Below, piece by piece: positions 24,707-36,811 of a stretch of 64,000 bases of DNA (positions within the stretch are counted from its first letter, which is position 1; each line of letters begins with the position of its first letter). The notes under the pieces are model-generated. The model saw only the letters and a program-made list of their open reading frames with translations. It ran no database searches and was not told the origin of the DNA. This DNA is from a virus (lineage: Duplodnaviria > Caudoviricetes): IMG/VR virus record IMGVR_UViG_3300021426_000077, positions 36,428 through 100,427 of that record; one strand, given 5' to 3'. Position numbers and translations under genes: made by a program.

Positions 24707-25063
24707 TTAATAACCAGCTGCTTTCATAATATAATCATATGATAATTTGGCTTCATCATAATAAGGAATACAAATTAGTTTTATATTATGAGCTAAACAA
24801 TATTTACGTTTTTGCATATCATTATATTTTTGCCGTCCTACACCTTTTTTCCCACCAAATTTATCTACTGCTGTGTAGTGTTGTTTACCCTGAGCTTCTA
24901 TTAAAAATTCAAGCTCACCATCCTCCGTAAAAACGGCAAAATCAAATCTTAGATGCCTGCCACTAGAAGCAACTAAATCATCAAACTCATATTCTTCTTC
25001 AAAGGGAATATCATAATCAGTTAAAATATTATGAATTTTAACTTCCATAGTAGAACTCATCAT
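24707..25063 (-). CDS. PD-(D/E)xK/Vsr-like endonuclease (DUF559/DUF2726-like)
   Basis: LRFDF...LIEAQGKQHY...NDMQKRKYC...IKLICIPY. Confidence 0.75.
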   Translation of the reverse strand: MMSSTMEVKIHNILTDYDIPFEEEYEFDDLVASSGRHLRFDFAVFTEDGELEFLIEAQGKQHYTAVDKFGGKKGVGRQKYNDMQKRKYCLAHNIKLICIPYYDEAKLSYDYIMKAAGY

Positions 25064-25144
25064 AATATACCCCTTACGTCAAAATATTTATTCAATTAAA
25101 TATGAATCTCTACAATATGTAATTTTCTAATTTTGCCCCAAAAT

Positions 25145-26893
25145 TTAATTATAAAACATAAAGTCTTTAATATTTCTTCTTTTAATTTTCTTTGAACGAT
25201 CTTCTTGTAATTTACAATAATATAAACCATAAATTAGAGCAGAAAACTTATCTTTTTTAATCTTTTTTGAATTCTGTTTTAAAATAATATTTGCACCTTC
25301 ATTATCTGTAATTAAATTAGCCATTTGTTCTTTTAAAATAGAAGTTTGAACAAATGGCATCAGATAATCTGCACGTTGAGATTGAGACATTTTCTTACCT
25401 TGAGCTTGTGACATTAATTTATTCTTCGCGGTAGTCTCGTCAATTAGAAATAACACGCGGCCCGCATTAATCTCTGACTGAGTATAAGAATACATTTCTG
25501 AGTTAAGACCAACATTAGCTTTCATTATATACATAGCTTCATATATTGTATTTTCAGTTTTCATATTTTTGTAATGATTATCTTCATCATTCATAACGCC
25601 CCAATTATAGAGCGTTTCTCCCGTGTCTGGATCTACAGTATCCATTGTCAACATATCAACAAGACCTGCGCCTAAACCGTTACCGTCGATAACCGCAACT
25701 TTACAGTGATATTGCTGGAATAAACGCTTTAATTTAAGAGCTTGCATACCAAAATGCTCTTCCTCAAAACTGTAAATATTAACAACTCGTTTGCGGGGAA
25801 TATCGCCAGAACTAGGAGTGACCTTAATAATAACTGCTTCTGTAGAACAACCAAATCTACCAACGTCAACACCAATTACATAATAACCATCTTTAGATGT
25901 TTTGCTAGAATATTTTCATTCCGGAAGATTAATACGGCGATTGCGATCAAATCTTTCTGAATTAAAGAAGGCAGACTCTACATCGCCTGACCAATGAGAT
26001 TCATACTCACGTTCAAAAGAATCCTCATTAAAAGTACCATCTTCGCGTAAATCCCGCACGAAATTCTTACTAAGAAGACCTTCCATTACAGGAACTCTCC
26101 AAGAGCCACCTAAAATCATAGCTTCTTTTGGACGCGCTACAGACATGCAAAGTAACTGAATAAGTTTCTCATAGCTAAATGTGCCTTTATAGCCTGCTGA
26201 AGTTACAAAAATTTGTGATTTATTTAATTGCTCTTTTGGATCAGTCTGACCTTGAATCATACGGTCAACATTAAGTGTAGGAAGTAAAACTTCATTAAGA
26301 AGATCTTGATCTAAGCTTACACATTCCTCCGCAAGTAAACTTTGAAAACGACGTCCACGAGTCTTTTCACTTTGAGCAACATTTTCTAGAGAACTGCCAT
26401 TTTTAAAAGTATAAATAACAGTATCTTTTGTGCGGGATGTTCGAGCACGTGTACCTCTAGTATCTCATATAATTTCTCGTTCCATTGCTGGAATAAGTTT
26501 ACAAATTTCGTCTACTTTTCCGCCAAGAATTTCTGCAGATTGTCCTTTACCGCCCGCAACAGTAGCTATTTTAGCACCAGGATAAAGAACACATCGCAAC
26601 ATTAATGCCATAATAGAAATAAAAGACTTGGATCAAGCACGAACGAAAGTCGCATAGACATATTTATGTCTAAAAATAATTCGTAAAAACATTCTTTGAT
26701 AAAAATAAAATTTAAAATTATATGGATTTCCAAGAGATAGATAGTAATCAACTAATTTATCTGGATAAAGACGTCAATAAGCAATTAATTTTTGATATTC
26801 TGATAAATTATTATGTACATGTAATTTAATTGTTTCATCATCTAAATCTATATCTTTTTTATTAGATGTTTTTAATATATCTCTAAGAGCCAT
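25145..26893 (-). CDS. terL: terminase large subunit (TGA=Trp)
   Basis: Walker A-like RAW*SKSF, RGRRFQSLLAEEC, VTSAG motif, nuclease GVDVGR / IDGNGLG / KDKFSAL; all in one frame. Confidence 0.92.
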
Positions 26894-28134
26894 TAAATAT
26901 CACCTGCTAAGAATCTTTCAAGAGCTTCGGCTTCAGCTTCAACTTCATTATCAATGAAATTACCCCAATCTTCAGCTTCTTCATCTGTGAGTGTTTCTGC
27001 CTCAGCCTCTTCCGCAGACGTTACAAGGCCCGCATTTAAATCAATTTCTGAATTTTCAGCTTTCTCAAGCTTCTCAATATAAGATTCAATTAGATCGCCA
27101 AGACCTAATTCTTCACTTACAAGAGCATAATTATAAGCTTTAAGGTCTTTAATAGTAAAGTCTATTTTATCTTGCGGATACTGGTCTGGATCAAATTGTG
27201 GTAAATTAGGAATTATACCTCCATCTTGTTCACAAAGACGTACTAATTCTCCAATAGAAGAGAGAACTTGCTGTCTATCTTCTTTATTTTGAGCTTCAGT
27301 AAACTTACCGCCTTTGCGGAGTTGGTCAAACACGCCCGCGAGATTCTTATATCCTGTTAAATCTCCAACATCTAAACATTCATCCATTTTAAGAGATGTT
27401 TTGCACATCTTTTTTAAAACTTCTTCTCGGTCTGTATTTAATTCGTACTCTTGGGCATATTTATTATACATTGTTTCCATTTTAATTCATTGTTCTGGAG
27501 TATAAACAGTACCTCATTTTAGCATTAAATAATTTATATCTTCTTCTGTGAGTTGATCTGTCCAATAAGTAGCTGAGATTTGATATTGCGGCGTCTGCTC
27601 TTGCGGTGTAGAGGGCTCAGCCGCATCTTCCATTTCTACAAATTGAATATTTTCAGAATAAGGTACATCTTTAGCATTAGTACGAGTTAGAGTATCATAT
27701 TGACCTTGAGAAATTTCTCCAGCTTGAAGTTTTTCTAATAGCTGTTTCTCATAGTCCTCATCATTTGTAGATTCTTCGTTTTTATCTTCTGCAGGATCGG
27801 GCTGTTTTAAGTGGTCGGAATCCGCAAATGTGTAATCCGCATATTGAACCATATTCATTGTGCGTAAGTAAGTACCTATTACAGATTTGGGTCCAAATTT
27901 AGCTGGATCTTTTAAATAGCGTTCATTTGTAATTTGAATTCACTTTTTTTCAAAATATGGAACATCAAACATTTCTAATATTCAAAGAAAAGTTTCAGGC
28001 TTGCGATTATCTATATATTGTGTTAAACAATCTTTACATAGATCGCATCGTTCACCTGTTTTCATTTTAAAGAAGTCAGTCTCTTTTAATGAGCGCCCGC
28101 ATTTACTGCAAGTTTTTTTACCTACAGTTGGCAT
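26893..28134 (-). CDS. Zn-finger protein upstream of terminase (possible small terminase; TGA=Trp)
   Basis: CSKC...CKDC N-terminus; track fragments in one frame; stop overlaps terL start. Confidence 0.7.
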
Positions 28135-28146
28135 ACTTCCTCCTTT

Positions 28147-29223
28147 CTATTTATTTTTAGCGCGGCTTGCGTTTTTGCAATCTTTACATTGAGAATACCA
28201 GCCATCTTTGCTCGAATTCTTCGCATAGAATAGCGGGTGTCCTAATTTCACTCGGCCGCATTTACTACATTTTTTTCAATATCCTTTTTCTTGATAAGTA
28301 TAATATCAAATAACATAATCTTTCGCATATTGTTCTGAAATTAATTTAGGAATTCTTTTGCGCCATGTAGTTGAATAATATTGTTCGCTATGTCATTCTC
28401 CAAATTGATCATATAGCTTCTCTTGGATTTGTTCATTAGTAAGACCATCTATCTTATAGATTAAAAGTCACCATAGAACAGGATATTTATATTCAAGAGC
28501 TTTAGCTGCGGTATTTTCTAAGTCAATTAAATGTCAGTGCATATCAGAATGAAGATCTTCTCAACATTCTTGTTTTAAAATCTGGTAGTATTGAAGAAGG
28601 AAAGATATATGCTCTGAATTGAGAAGAGATAGGGGCATATCAGAATGCGGCATTTGCTCTTCATCAAAATAAATTTTTTCTGGGATGGGGATATTAGCTA
28701 ATGTTCTTATCTGAGATGCAGATTTAATTCTACCAATTTGGTTAAATGACCCTTTAATTAAATAAGCTTGTTTTCAAGTATCAATGATAGCTTGATTTAA
28801 TTGCTTGCGTTTGTATTTAGATGCAGTAGTAAGTTGATTTTTTAAAGAGACAATTACATCCATACATTCTTTAAGACCTGGGATAGTATCTATATCTTCT
28901 TCTGTAATAGGGTCTTTAGGGTCTAGAATTTGGCCTTTATCTACTCGGATAAGATTATAAATACCATCTTCGCCATTTTCTAGCTTATCAACTAAACCTT
29001 CATAGGATACTTGCCTCTTATCAATTGTAAACTCTCTATTGGGGGTTAATATAGGATATTTTTCTACTCGTTCTTTTTTAGTTTGGTTGCGGTCGTGTGT
29101 AAATAATATGTAATCTGCTAGTATTTTTAAAGTTTTACTATCATTAAGAGGATGATTTCCTAGAAGATCTTTTACGTAAGCTACTCTTTCTTCTGGAGTA
29201 GTAAGTGAGTAATCTAATTCCAA
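28147..29223 (-). CDS. HTH plus C-terminal Zn-finger protein, candidate late transcription regulator (TGA=Trp)
   Basis: KIDGLTNEQIQEKL...HSEQYYSTTWRKRIPK HTH-like segment; CSKC...CKDC; at least 7 in-frame TGA. Confidence 0.65.
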
Positions 29224-29397
29224 TGGAAAACCTCCTTTAGTAAAAATTTTTTACCTTTGTTAAAAGTATAACATATATCTAAGAGGTTGTCAAGGGGAAT
29301 TCCTGAAAAGATTAAAATTTTTTTGATAAAATAAATAATTTATATCGACAAAATAAATTTATTTTGGTAAAATATAATTAAAGAGAAAGGAGGAAAT

Positions 29398-29565
29398 ATG
29401 GGACGAAGAATGTTAACTAAAGGCCTTAAAAGTACACTTGGTGGAAAGAAAGGATCAGCAAAGAAAAAATTGATTAGTGAACTTAGTGGTGTAGGAATTA
29501 ATGATTCTAAACTAAATAAAGGAACTAGTAGACAACGAAGAATTAAAGATACTCTAGATTGGTAG
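29398..29565 (+). CDS. small basic hypothetical protein
   Basis: AAAGGAGG RBS, MGRRMLTKG... Confidence 0.5.
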   Translation: MGRRMLTKGLKSTLGGKKGSAKKKLISELSGVGINDSKLNKGTSRQRRIKDTLDW

Positions 29566-29571
29566 AATAAG

Positions 29572-29769
29572 ATGATTTGGGCGATTTTTAGTTCTGATAA
29601 GCGATATATTATTGATTTTTTCAAGGGAAATTCTGATGATTGTTGGAAATATGTGCAGAAGCATAGCTATAATTGTGGGATGATTGGATCTATAAATGAA
29701 GATGTTGTAGACCTATGGAATGATGGATGGGAATATCTTGATGGAATGTGGATAGCTCCGAAATCATAA
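29572..29769 (+). CDS. hypothetical protein
   Basis: ORF track; follows the previous gene. Confidence 0.5.
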   Translation: MIWAIFSSDKRYIIDFFKGNSDDCWKYVQKHSYNCGMIGSINEDVVDLWNDGWEYLDGMWIAPKS

Positions 29770-30041
29770 TTGAAAATTGCTCTTGACATTTTTTTGGACG
29801 TGGCAAATCTATATCCTACCTCGCAGGTAGGAAATAACCCACAACCATGCGCCCAGTCGCAGCGTTTTAAATCCAGGTCAAGCATGGAGGTAATTGCTTA
29901 AATAATTTATTCAACTAATGAGCAATGTCGAACTGTGCCCCCGTCTTTGAGAAATGTGATGATTTTGTGAAAGTACTATGCAAGCCGGTCAAAGAGTGCT
30001 ACTCTTTAACTAAAGAGAGGACCAGAGAGAAAGGCAAGACA

Positions 30042-30242
30042 ATGACAACCATTAAGACAAATAAGGCCTATGAAACAAAGGCTTACGAGGGTTTCGCTAC
30101 CTATTTCCCTGCAGGCGACACCGCTACTATCACCGCAGAGTACACTACTAAGTGGGGTAAGATGTATGACGTAACCACCGCACACAATGGCAAGTATAAC
30201 GTATCCGAAACGGTTCTGAATCAGATTTTGAATCTGAACTAA
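30042..30242 (+). CDS. early hypothetical protein
   Basis: GAAAGG RBS, MTTIKTN..., downstream terminator. Confidence 0.6.
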   Translation: MTTIKTNKAYETKAYEGFATYFPAGDTATITAEYTTKWGKMYDVTTAHNGKYNVSETVLNQILNLN

Positions 30243-30439
30243 AAAGGGAATTTCATTCCCTTTTTTTAAATTGGCAGAGTTAGAATGCGGTAACTTTTTC
30301 CAGGAGATAAAAGGTTAAATAATTAAATGTTTGATGAGCGGGATCCAAGAGAGTAAGAAGATCTCACAGAGTAAGGACGTGCGGCCGCTGCTCTTGTCAC
30401 GCTCGCCTAGCTGTCCGAGCGGCTGGCGTGGCTGGCTCG

Positions 30440-30540
30440 CTGTGCGTGCTATGTGTGTAGTGTTGTGCATGTGTGCTATGTGTGTTGTGTTGTATCATGC
30501 ACATGTGTATCATGTGTGTATGTATGTGCAAATGCACAAC
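30440..30540. repeat. TG/CA-rich low-complexity tract
   Basis: atgtgtgtagtgttgtgcatgtgtgctatgtgtgttgtgttgtatcatgc... Confidence 0.8.
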
Positions 30541-30729
30541 CGTGGTTGGCCGAAAATTTTAGCACTACACGCAGAGCAATGCAAGCGACAATCGCAAGAT
30601 TCTTAGAAAATTTCTGTATGTGTAGGAAATGTGGAGAGTCTACAATTTTGTCATTCTCACGTGCGGCCGGCCTAAATAAGCGTATTATATTAATCAAGGA
30701 AAGGCACACCAACCCGAAAGGACAAGACC

Positions 30730-31005
30730 ATGACCGCCTACGCCAACCTCCGCAACGTCCTCGCTACCATGTACGCTGCTAACTACTTCGCTGATGATGC
30801 CGATGTTTCTAACGACCTTATTGATGCCTACACCAACGCACAGTTCGACCTCGAGGACCACCTCTTCGACACCTGCCGCACCTCTGCAGACTTTGACCAC
30901 GTGCATGAGCGTTTCGATAAGATGGTAGAGCGCGCAGCTCGTACCGCTTCTAAGGGCGATGCAAACTTTATCGCCGCTGTGATGGACGACATTCATCAGT
31001 GGTAG
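30730..31005 (+). CDS. early hypothetical protein
   Basis: GAAAGGA RBS, GC3-rich codons, terminator 31007-31035. Confidence 0.7.
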   Translation: MTAYANLRNVLATMYAANYFADDADVSNDLIDAYTNAQFDLEDHLFDTCRTSADFDHVHERFDKMVERAARTASKGDANFIAAVMDDIHQW

Positions 31006-31521
31006 AAAGAAAGAGCCAAACGGCTCTTTTTTTCTTTGTTTAAAAAGTTAGCCTAAACTAACATTCTAAAGCCTTTTGCGGTTTGGCTTATTTAAATAAG
31101 CCTTTTGACTTATAAAGCCTTAGAATAGCTTAGAATGGCCCAGACGGCGTATTTTTTTAGTTAGGTGCCTTATTATCGCATGTAATTATGTAGTATTTAT
31201 GAACCCTTAAAAAGGCTCTGAGAGTTTGACATTTGCATTAAAGTATGGTATAATTAAAATGAATGTCCAGTATGGCCGAAAAAGTTAGCCTAGGTTAACT
31301 GTAGAAAAATCGAACACCAGTTCGCGTGTATGGCCGAAAATTTTAGCACAGTGCGCGGCAAAAGTCAAGAACTATTTTGTGTCTCCACAAAATCTACACA
31401 ATTCATCCAGGTTTCCTAAAATGTGGAGATTATGTGTAGATTATTTCACAACTCTTTACTCCAGGCTGTTGACCTGCGAAAATAATAATTGACCAAAGGC
31501 CACGACCACTTGGAGCACACC

Positions 31522-31980
31522 ATGAACGACCTCACACTCCACACCAACTTTTGCGACAACTACACGCGCGCGGCATTTACCCATGATTATATTTTTGCTT
31601 TCACGCTTGACCACATGTTTTACGCGGTCAAGATGGACAATGTAGACGCTCGAACGCTTGTTCTGTTTACCACGCTTGACCGCGCCGCAAAGTCTAAGGG
31701 CGGTGCCGTGTCCCTGCGTTTCCGTCCCACGAACGCTATAAAGCGCGCTATCGTGGAAATGGGCAATGTAGTCTATAAGTGCACCGCCGCTAGTTTCGCT
31801 GCCCTTTGCGAAAGCAACAAATACAATAAGGGCGAGAACGCAGAAAAGCTCGTTACCGAAAAGGTTTTTGGTGAAACGTGGCATAAGGATAGCGTACCGT
31901 TTACCGATGGCGCAGACGTGAGCCATTATCAGGTCAAGTTTCAGGGCGCTACGTTCTGCAAAGAAACGCAGCTCTTCTAA
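31522..31980 (+). CDS. early hypothetical protein (possible nuclease fold)
   Basis: NKGENAEKL...DSVPFTDGADV...YQVKFQGATF. Confidence 0.6.
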   Translation: MNDLTLHTNFCDNYTRAAFTHDYIFAFTLDHMFYAVKMDNVDARTLVLFTTLDRAAKSKGGAVSLRFRPTNAIKRAIVEMGNVVYKCTAASFAALCESNKYNKGENAEKLVTEKVFGETWHKDSVPFTDGADVSHYQVKFQGATFCKETQLF

Positions 31981-32081
31981 TAAGGGCAAATGTGGAGAGT
32001 TTGTGGAGAACTTGCACAAACCCTTCATATCTGTTATATTGGTATCGTGGAAGAGTGGCCGCATAAGAGAAAGGCGCTATA

Positions 32082-32351
32082 ATGGGAAAGAAGAAGAAGA
32101 AGATTACGCCCGTTGAAGAGAGAGCAGTACAAGCAAAGGCTAATGCCGAGAAACTTGCTGATGTGTTTCGTGCCCTTGGTCTTACTGTAGAAACCTATGA
32201 GTATAACCCTACTTGGCAAGTCAACGCAAAAGAAAAGCCTGAAGTTATTTCTGTAGTAGAACTTCCAGAATTGCTTGACAGTGACGGAGAACTTCTTTCA
32301 TTTTGCTTTTCTCATGACACAGGACGCATTATCAAAAATAGCATCTTCTAG
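32082..32351 (+). CDS. early hypothetical protein
   Basis: RBS and promoter upstream. Confidence 0.6.
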   Translation: MGKKKKKITPVEERAVQAKANAEKLADVFRALGLTVETYEYNPTWQVNAKEKPEVISVVELPELLDSDGELLSFCFSHDTGRIIKNSIF

Positions 32352-32568
32352 CGTCAAGGAGTTATGGAGTTCTCCACAAAAACTCCACATCTTGTGCCGG
32401 CGGATCTCCCGAACAAATGTTCGACTCCAGGCAAATGTGTAGGAAATATGGAGACAAAATTCTCGTTGACAGAACCACTAAAGGAGCGTATTATATTAAT
32501 TGTCAGAGGGAGAGCAAAAGGCAATCCCCAAAACCGAGACGAGGAACGTCTCAGAAAGCAGGTGCCAA

Positions 32569-32904
32569 ATGGCAGAGAAGATGACCCGCAAGCAGGCTCT
32601 CGAGTTCGCAATCTCCAACCTCGAGAACGAGGAAGTCACTGAGGTTCTTGGCAAGATGCTTGAGTCTATCAGCAAGCCGCGTGCCAAGCAGATTAGCAAG
32701 GCTCGCACGATGAACGAGAACACCGCTCATGCACTGTGGGAGGTTTCGCCCGAGACTCTTACCACGAAGGCCGCTACTGAGATGGGTATCCCCGAGATTA
32801 TGACCACTCAGAAGGCTTCAGCAGTCCTTCGCGTGGGTGTGGAGCTTGGCCTTTTCGAGAAGGTCACCGAGGGTAAGAAGGTCACCTATCGCAAGATTGG
32901 GTAG
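32569..32904 (+). CDS. small wHTH-like DNA-binding protein, paralog 1
   Basis: TRKQALEFAI...KPRAKQ...TTQKASAVLR...GKKVTY shared with 37831 and 40145. Confidence 0.7.
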   Translation: MAEKMTRKQALEFAISNLENEEVTEVLGKMLESISKPRAKQISKARTMNENTAHALWEVSPETLTTKAATEMGIPEIMTTQKASAVLRVGVELGLFEKVTEGKKVTYRKIG

Positions 32905-33578
32905 CCATGCGACCCGAGCAAGTCGTTAAAAGGCTCACCCTTGCGAGGGTAAAAATCCTGCCAACCTTTGGGGTAACAGGTAGGCGCTAGTTGGCTTCGG
33001 TCGCTAGCGCCTTTTCTTTTAGCTAAAAATAGAACACCAGTTCGATGTAGATCGCCGGCCGCATTTATGGAGATTTTATGAATTTGAAAATAAGGCTTGT
33101 ATCCTAGATCGAAAAATGCTAAAATGAAAATGCTATTTATCTTCTCTTGGAAATAAAAATCATTTGTGAAGAAAATGTGAATTGAAATTTAGACTTGATT
33201 CCTAAAACTAACAAGAGTATATTATTAATTGAAGAGAGGAACCAAGAGAAAGGAGAAAATTATGGTTCTTGGGTTCGGCTCGGGAGGCGTTCCGCTTCTA
33301 TAATTTGCGGCAGTAGCGAGCCGCATTAAAAATTAGTCGCTACCTTGCAAATGAGAATTCTAGATGCCCTCATTTGCAAGCGAGATTAAAAAACAAAAAT
33401 TAAGACTGTTTCCTCGCCCACGTACTGCCTAGCGCTGCGTGGGCGAGATTGTTTTTTGAAATTTAAAATCGAACTAGTGTTCTGTTTCCTGCGGCCGGTC
33501 GCATTTGTGAAGAAATTGTGAACTGTCCAAAAGTATGATATAATAAGTATAACGAAGTCCAAGAGAAAGAAGAAAACA

Positions 33579-33764
33579 ATGACCATTTACACAAATCTCC
33601 TTCCTATTCTTGATGAATGCAACGACCGCATTCCTACAAAAGAAGGTCGCTACATCATTGTTAAAACTCGCAATGACATGGTCTATCTTATGAACATCGA
33701 CAATGGTGCGCAAGGCGCAATTGCTAAAGATTACTTCGAGAAAGAGTTTGAGCCTTGCGAGTAA
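33579..33764 (+). CDS. early hypothetical protein
   Basis: Cassette promoter plus RBS. Confidence 0.55.
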   Translation: MTIYTNLLPILDECNDRIPTKEGRYIIVKTRNDMVYLMNIDNGAQGAIAKDYFEKEFEPCE

Positions 33765-34566
33765 GATTTTTAATTATTTGGTTAATCAGTTAACCTGCGA
33801 AATCTGCTAAAGTTAGTCTAGGCTAACTCTTTGTGCCGGCTACGCTTATGAAGAAATTGTGAATTGAAAATTATGCTTGACACCGATGCCACACTATGGA
33901 ATAATAATAGTTGAAGCGGATGGGGCACAAAAGCACCAAGTGCGCCGCAAAAGAGTGGTAATCGCTCCACTAAAAAAATTGCGAGGACTGACCCACCTTA
34001 CGGGTCTTTTTTCTTTTTTAAAAAATTTTTGTGACAAAAAAATTTTTTTATGATATAATATAATTATCAAAAGAGAGAAAGGAAAATTATGATTGAGATT
34101 ATGACAAACGTCTACATTGCTTTTAGTTGGTTTTGTCTCATTGTTTTTGGTACTTATGTTCTTTGTTGGCTCGATGAGCACAATTACTGGATGCCACCTA
34201 TCTATGTCGGTTGGGGTGCTATCCTGTTCATTCTTACTCTTATTGTTAACTTCATTAGTTAGGAGAAGACATGACTGTTACAGAACTTATCTTCAAGCTT
34301 CAGCAGGCTTACTTTAAGTATGGAGATGTACCCGTTTATCTTCATTTAGATGAAGAACCCGAGTGCACTGACGTTATTTATCTAGCTGAGGGAGAAGAAG
34401 AAGGCCTACACAATGAAGCGCATTTATGTCTAATGAATTAACCGAACACTAGTTCGGTTTTTTGTGCCGGCCTAGGTTATGAAGATTTTGTGAAGATGGT
34501 TGACAATTCGCTAAGAATAAATTATTATTTAATTGTCGCGTAAAATCAGCAAAAAAAGGAGTAACT

Positions 34567-34791
34567 ATGTTTGACCCCATTTGGTATTGTACTTATGAAA
34601 CTCAAGATGGGTGCTACTATTTTGCAAACAAAGATATTAAAATACTTTGTTCTGCTCTTGAAAAATTTTTTACAGAATTAAATTTGACTTGGGAACGAAA
34701 AGAAGTGCTGAATGCAAATAAAGAACTTTGCAGTATTCTTTATCGTCCTAATGATGATGATGATGGATGGGTTAGCATTCAACTACGATAA
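34567..34791 (+). CDS. early hypothetical protein
   Basis: TTGACA promoter plus AAGGAG RBS. Confidence 0.55.
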   Translation: MFDPIWYCTYETQDGCYYFANKDIKILCSALEKFFTELNLTWERKEVLNANKELCSILYRPNDDDDGWVSIQLR

Positions 34792-34929
34792 AACTAAAGA
34801 GTTTAGCATTTCTCTACAAAAAATGCACAACTTTAGCCGGCGGTAAATTGTGAAGATTTTGTGAAGAAACTTGCATTTTTAAAATGAATATTCTAAAATA
34901 GTAACCGTCAACCAAGAGAAAGGATAATC

Positions 34930-35775
34930 ATGCAGGCTGTTTACTTTGATATGGATGGTACTATTGCTGACCTCTATGGCGTTGACGGTTGGCTTGAATC
35001 TCTTCACAATGAAGATGTTACCCCTTATGAAGTTGCAAAGCCTCTCTGCAAAGAAATGATGATTCTTAAAAGCATCTTGACTACTCTTCGCAGCTTTGGT
35101 ATCACTGTTGGCGTGATTAGCTGGAGCGCTATGGATGGCTCTAAGTCTTACAATAGTAAGGTGCGACAGGCTAAAAAGGAATGGCTCAATAAGTACTTTG
35201 GAAACGTGTTTAATGAGATTCATGTTGTCAAGTATGGCACTAACAAGAGCCGCATTGCAAAGATTAAAGACAGCATTCTTTTTGATGATAACGCAGACGT
35301 GCGGGCAACGTGGCACGGCAACGCCTATGACGAAAAGAATATTGTCAATGTTCTTTGCGGGATTATCGCGCAACTGAAAAGTAAAGGCATGAAGAAGAAG
35401 AACTATGAAGAAGATTCTTCTGTGCCCTCTGCAAATGGTCACTATGCTTACATTGACAAGATTTGTCTTGCAGATTTGTCTATTATGACAAAGGTAGGCA
35501 AAGCTAGCAACCTTAGAAGCAGGCGTAATCAGCAAGCATCCTATCACTATGCTGACATGGCTAAAACTAGTAATGTAGAGATTAAATATTACTTTGTGTG
35601 CAAAAGCAATGAAGATGCTTTAGCTATGGAGAACGTTCTGCGTGGCGCTATGATGATGGTTTGCCCTTACAAGTTTAAACTAAATGATAGACTTCTTTAT
35701 TGGGATGATGAAATAGTTGAAAAAATTATTAATCATCCTGACGTAAAACGCTGGGCAAAAATTCTTTGTATTTAA
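34930..35775 (+). CDS. HAD-family hydrolase fused to a T5orf172/GIY-YIG-like C-terminal domain
   Basis: YFDMDGTIAD, ILFDDN HAD motifs; C-terminal YAY...KVGKASNLRSR...AMENVLR. Confidence 0.75.
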   Translation: MQAVYFDMDGTIADLYGVDGWLESLHNEDVTPYEVAKPLCKEMMILKSILTTLRSFGITVGVISWSAMDGSKSYNSKVRQAKKEWLNKYFGNVFNEIHVVKYGTNKSRIAKIKDSILFDDNADVRATWHGNAYDEKNIVNVLCGIIAQLKSKGMKKKNYEEDSSVPSANGHYAYIDKICLADLSIMTKVGKASNLRSRRNQQASYHYADMAKTSNVEIKYYFVCKSNEDALAMENVLRGAMMMVCPYKFKLNDRLLYWDDEIVEKIINHPDVKRWAKILCI

Positions 35776-36164
35776 AAGTCAAGTGAGAAAGGAGACTCCA
35801 CAAAGTCTCCACATCTCACGCCGGACGCAATTGTAGAGATTTTATGGAGACACTTGCGTTTTAATCAATTAAAAATTATAATATAATTGTCAAGAGGGGA
35901 CGAGGAAAGGAGTCATCTTCTAGTACTACAAAGGCAAAAGCAGAGGTTTAGGCGTGCGAATGTGAGTAGCCACAAGAAAAGAAACGCCTACCCCGTGGTC
36001 GTCCTAGGCAAGACCACGGGGTTTTATTTTAGGCTTTAAACCGAACTGTTGTTCGATTAGATCGGCCGGCGCGAATTGTGGAGACTTTGTGAATTTAAAT
36101 TTTCTCGAACAAAAATAAAATTATTTGGTATAATTTTATTGGTCCAGAAAGAAAGGAGCATGGC

Positions 36165-36386
36165 ATGGCAAAAATAAATACAAAACGAATGAGCGCAGAG
36201 CAAATTTGTTGCTATCATGCAATAGATAATTGGATGCGCTGTCCTTCTGTTGCAACTTTTAAAAAGTTGTATCGTGATGGCTTTCGTTATCGCTATCCTT
36301 TCAATCCTATTTATAGAACATGGCGTATCTTTTGTAACACTATTTTTGGCAGGTATGCACAAATTCTAGAACAGGGTTACATTTAA
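36165..36386 (+). CDS. early hypothetical protein
   Basis: GAAAGGAG RBS. Confidence 0.55.
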   Translation: MAKINTKRMSAEQICCYHAIDNWMRCPSVATFKKLYRDGFRYRYPFNPIYRTWRIFCNTIFGRYAQILEQGYI

Positions 36387-36523
36387 AAATCAAGTAGTTT
36401 GAGAGTATCTACACAAAAACTCCACGTTCTTAGCCGGCCACAATTGTGAAGATTCTGTGAAGGTATTCACATTCTTTCTATTCTGTGTTAAACTATGTTT
36501 GTCCAGGAGAGAAAGGAAAAAAT

Positions 36524-36743
36524 CATGAATTGGAATCGCACTGTTTATCTCGTTCTCGCTCTCACCATCCTTGGTCAAATTATCGTGCGGGGTAGCTACA
36601 TTTGGGGACAAAGCGCATGGCTTATCGCTAACAGCCTGACTCTTATTCGAGATTTTGCGCTTGACCGTCCCGCTGCTGACAAGGTAAAAAACTCTTGTAT
36701 GCTTGCTATCACTGTCGGTCTAATCGTTCTCTATTTCCTTTAA
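36524..36743 (+). CDS. small membrane protein
   Basis: Hydrophobic segments; RBS before MNWNR. Confidence 0.55.
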
Positions 36744-36811
36744 AAAAGTTCTTGACTTTGTAAATGGAATCCTCTACAATGGAATCATCCAAGAAAGAGA
36801 AAGGAACTGCA

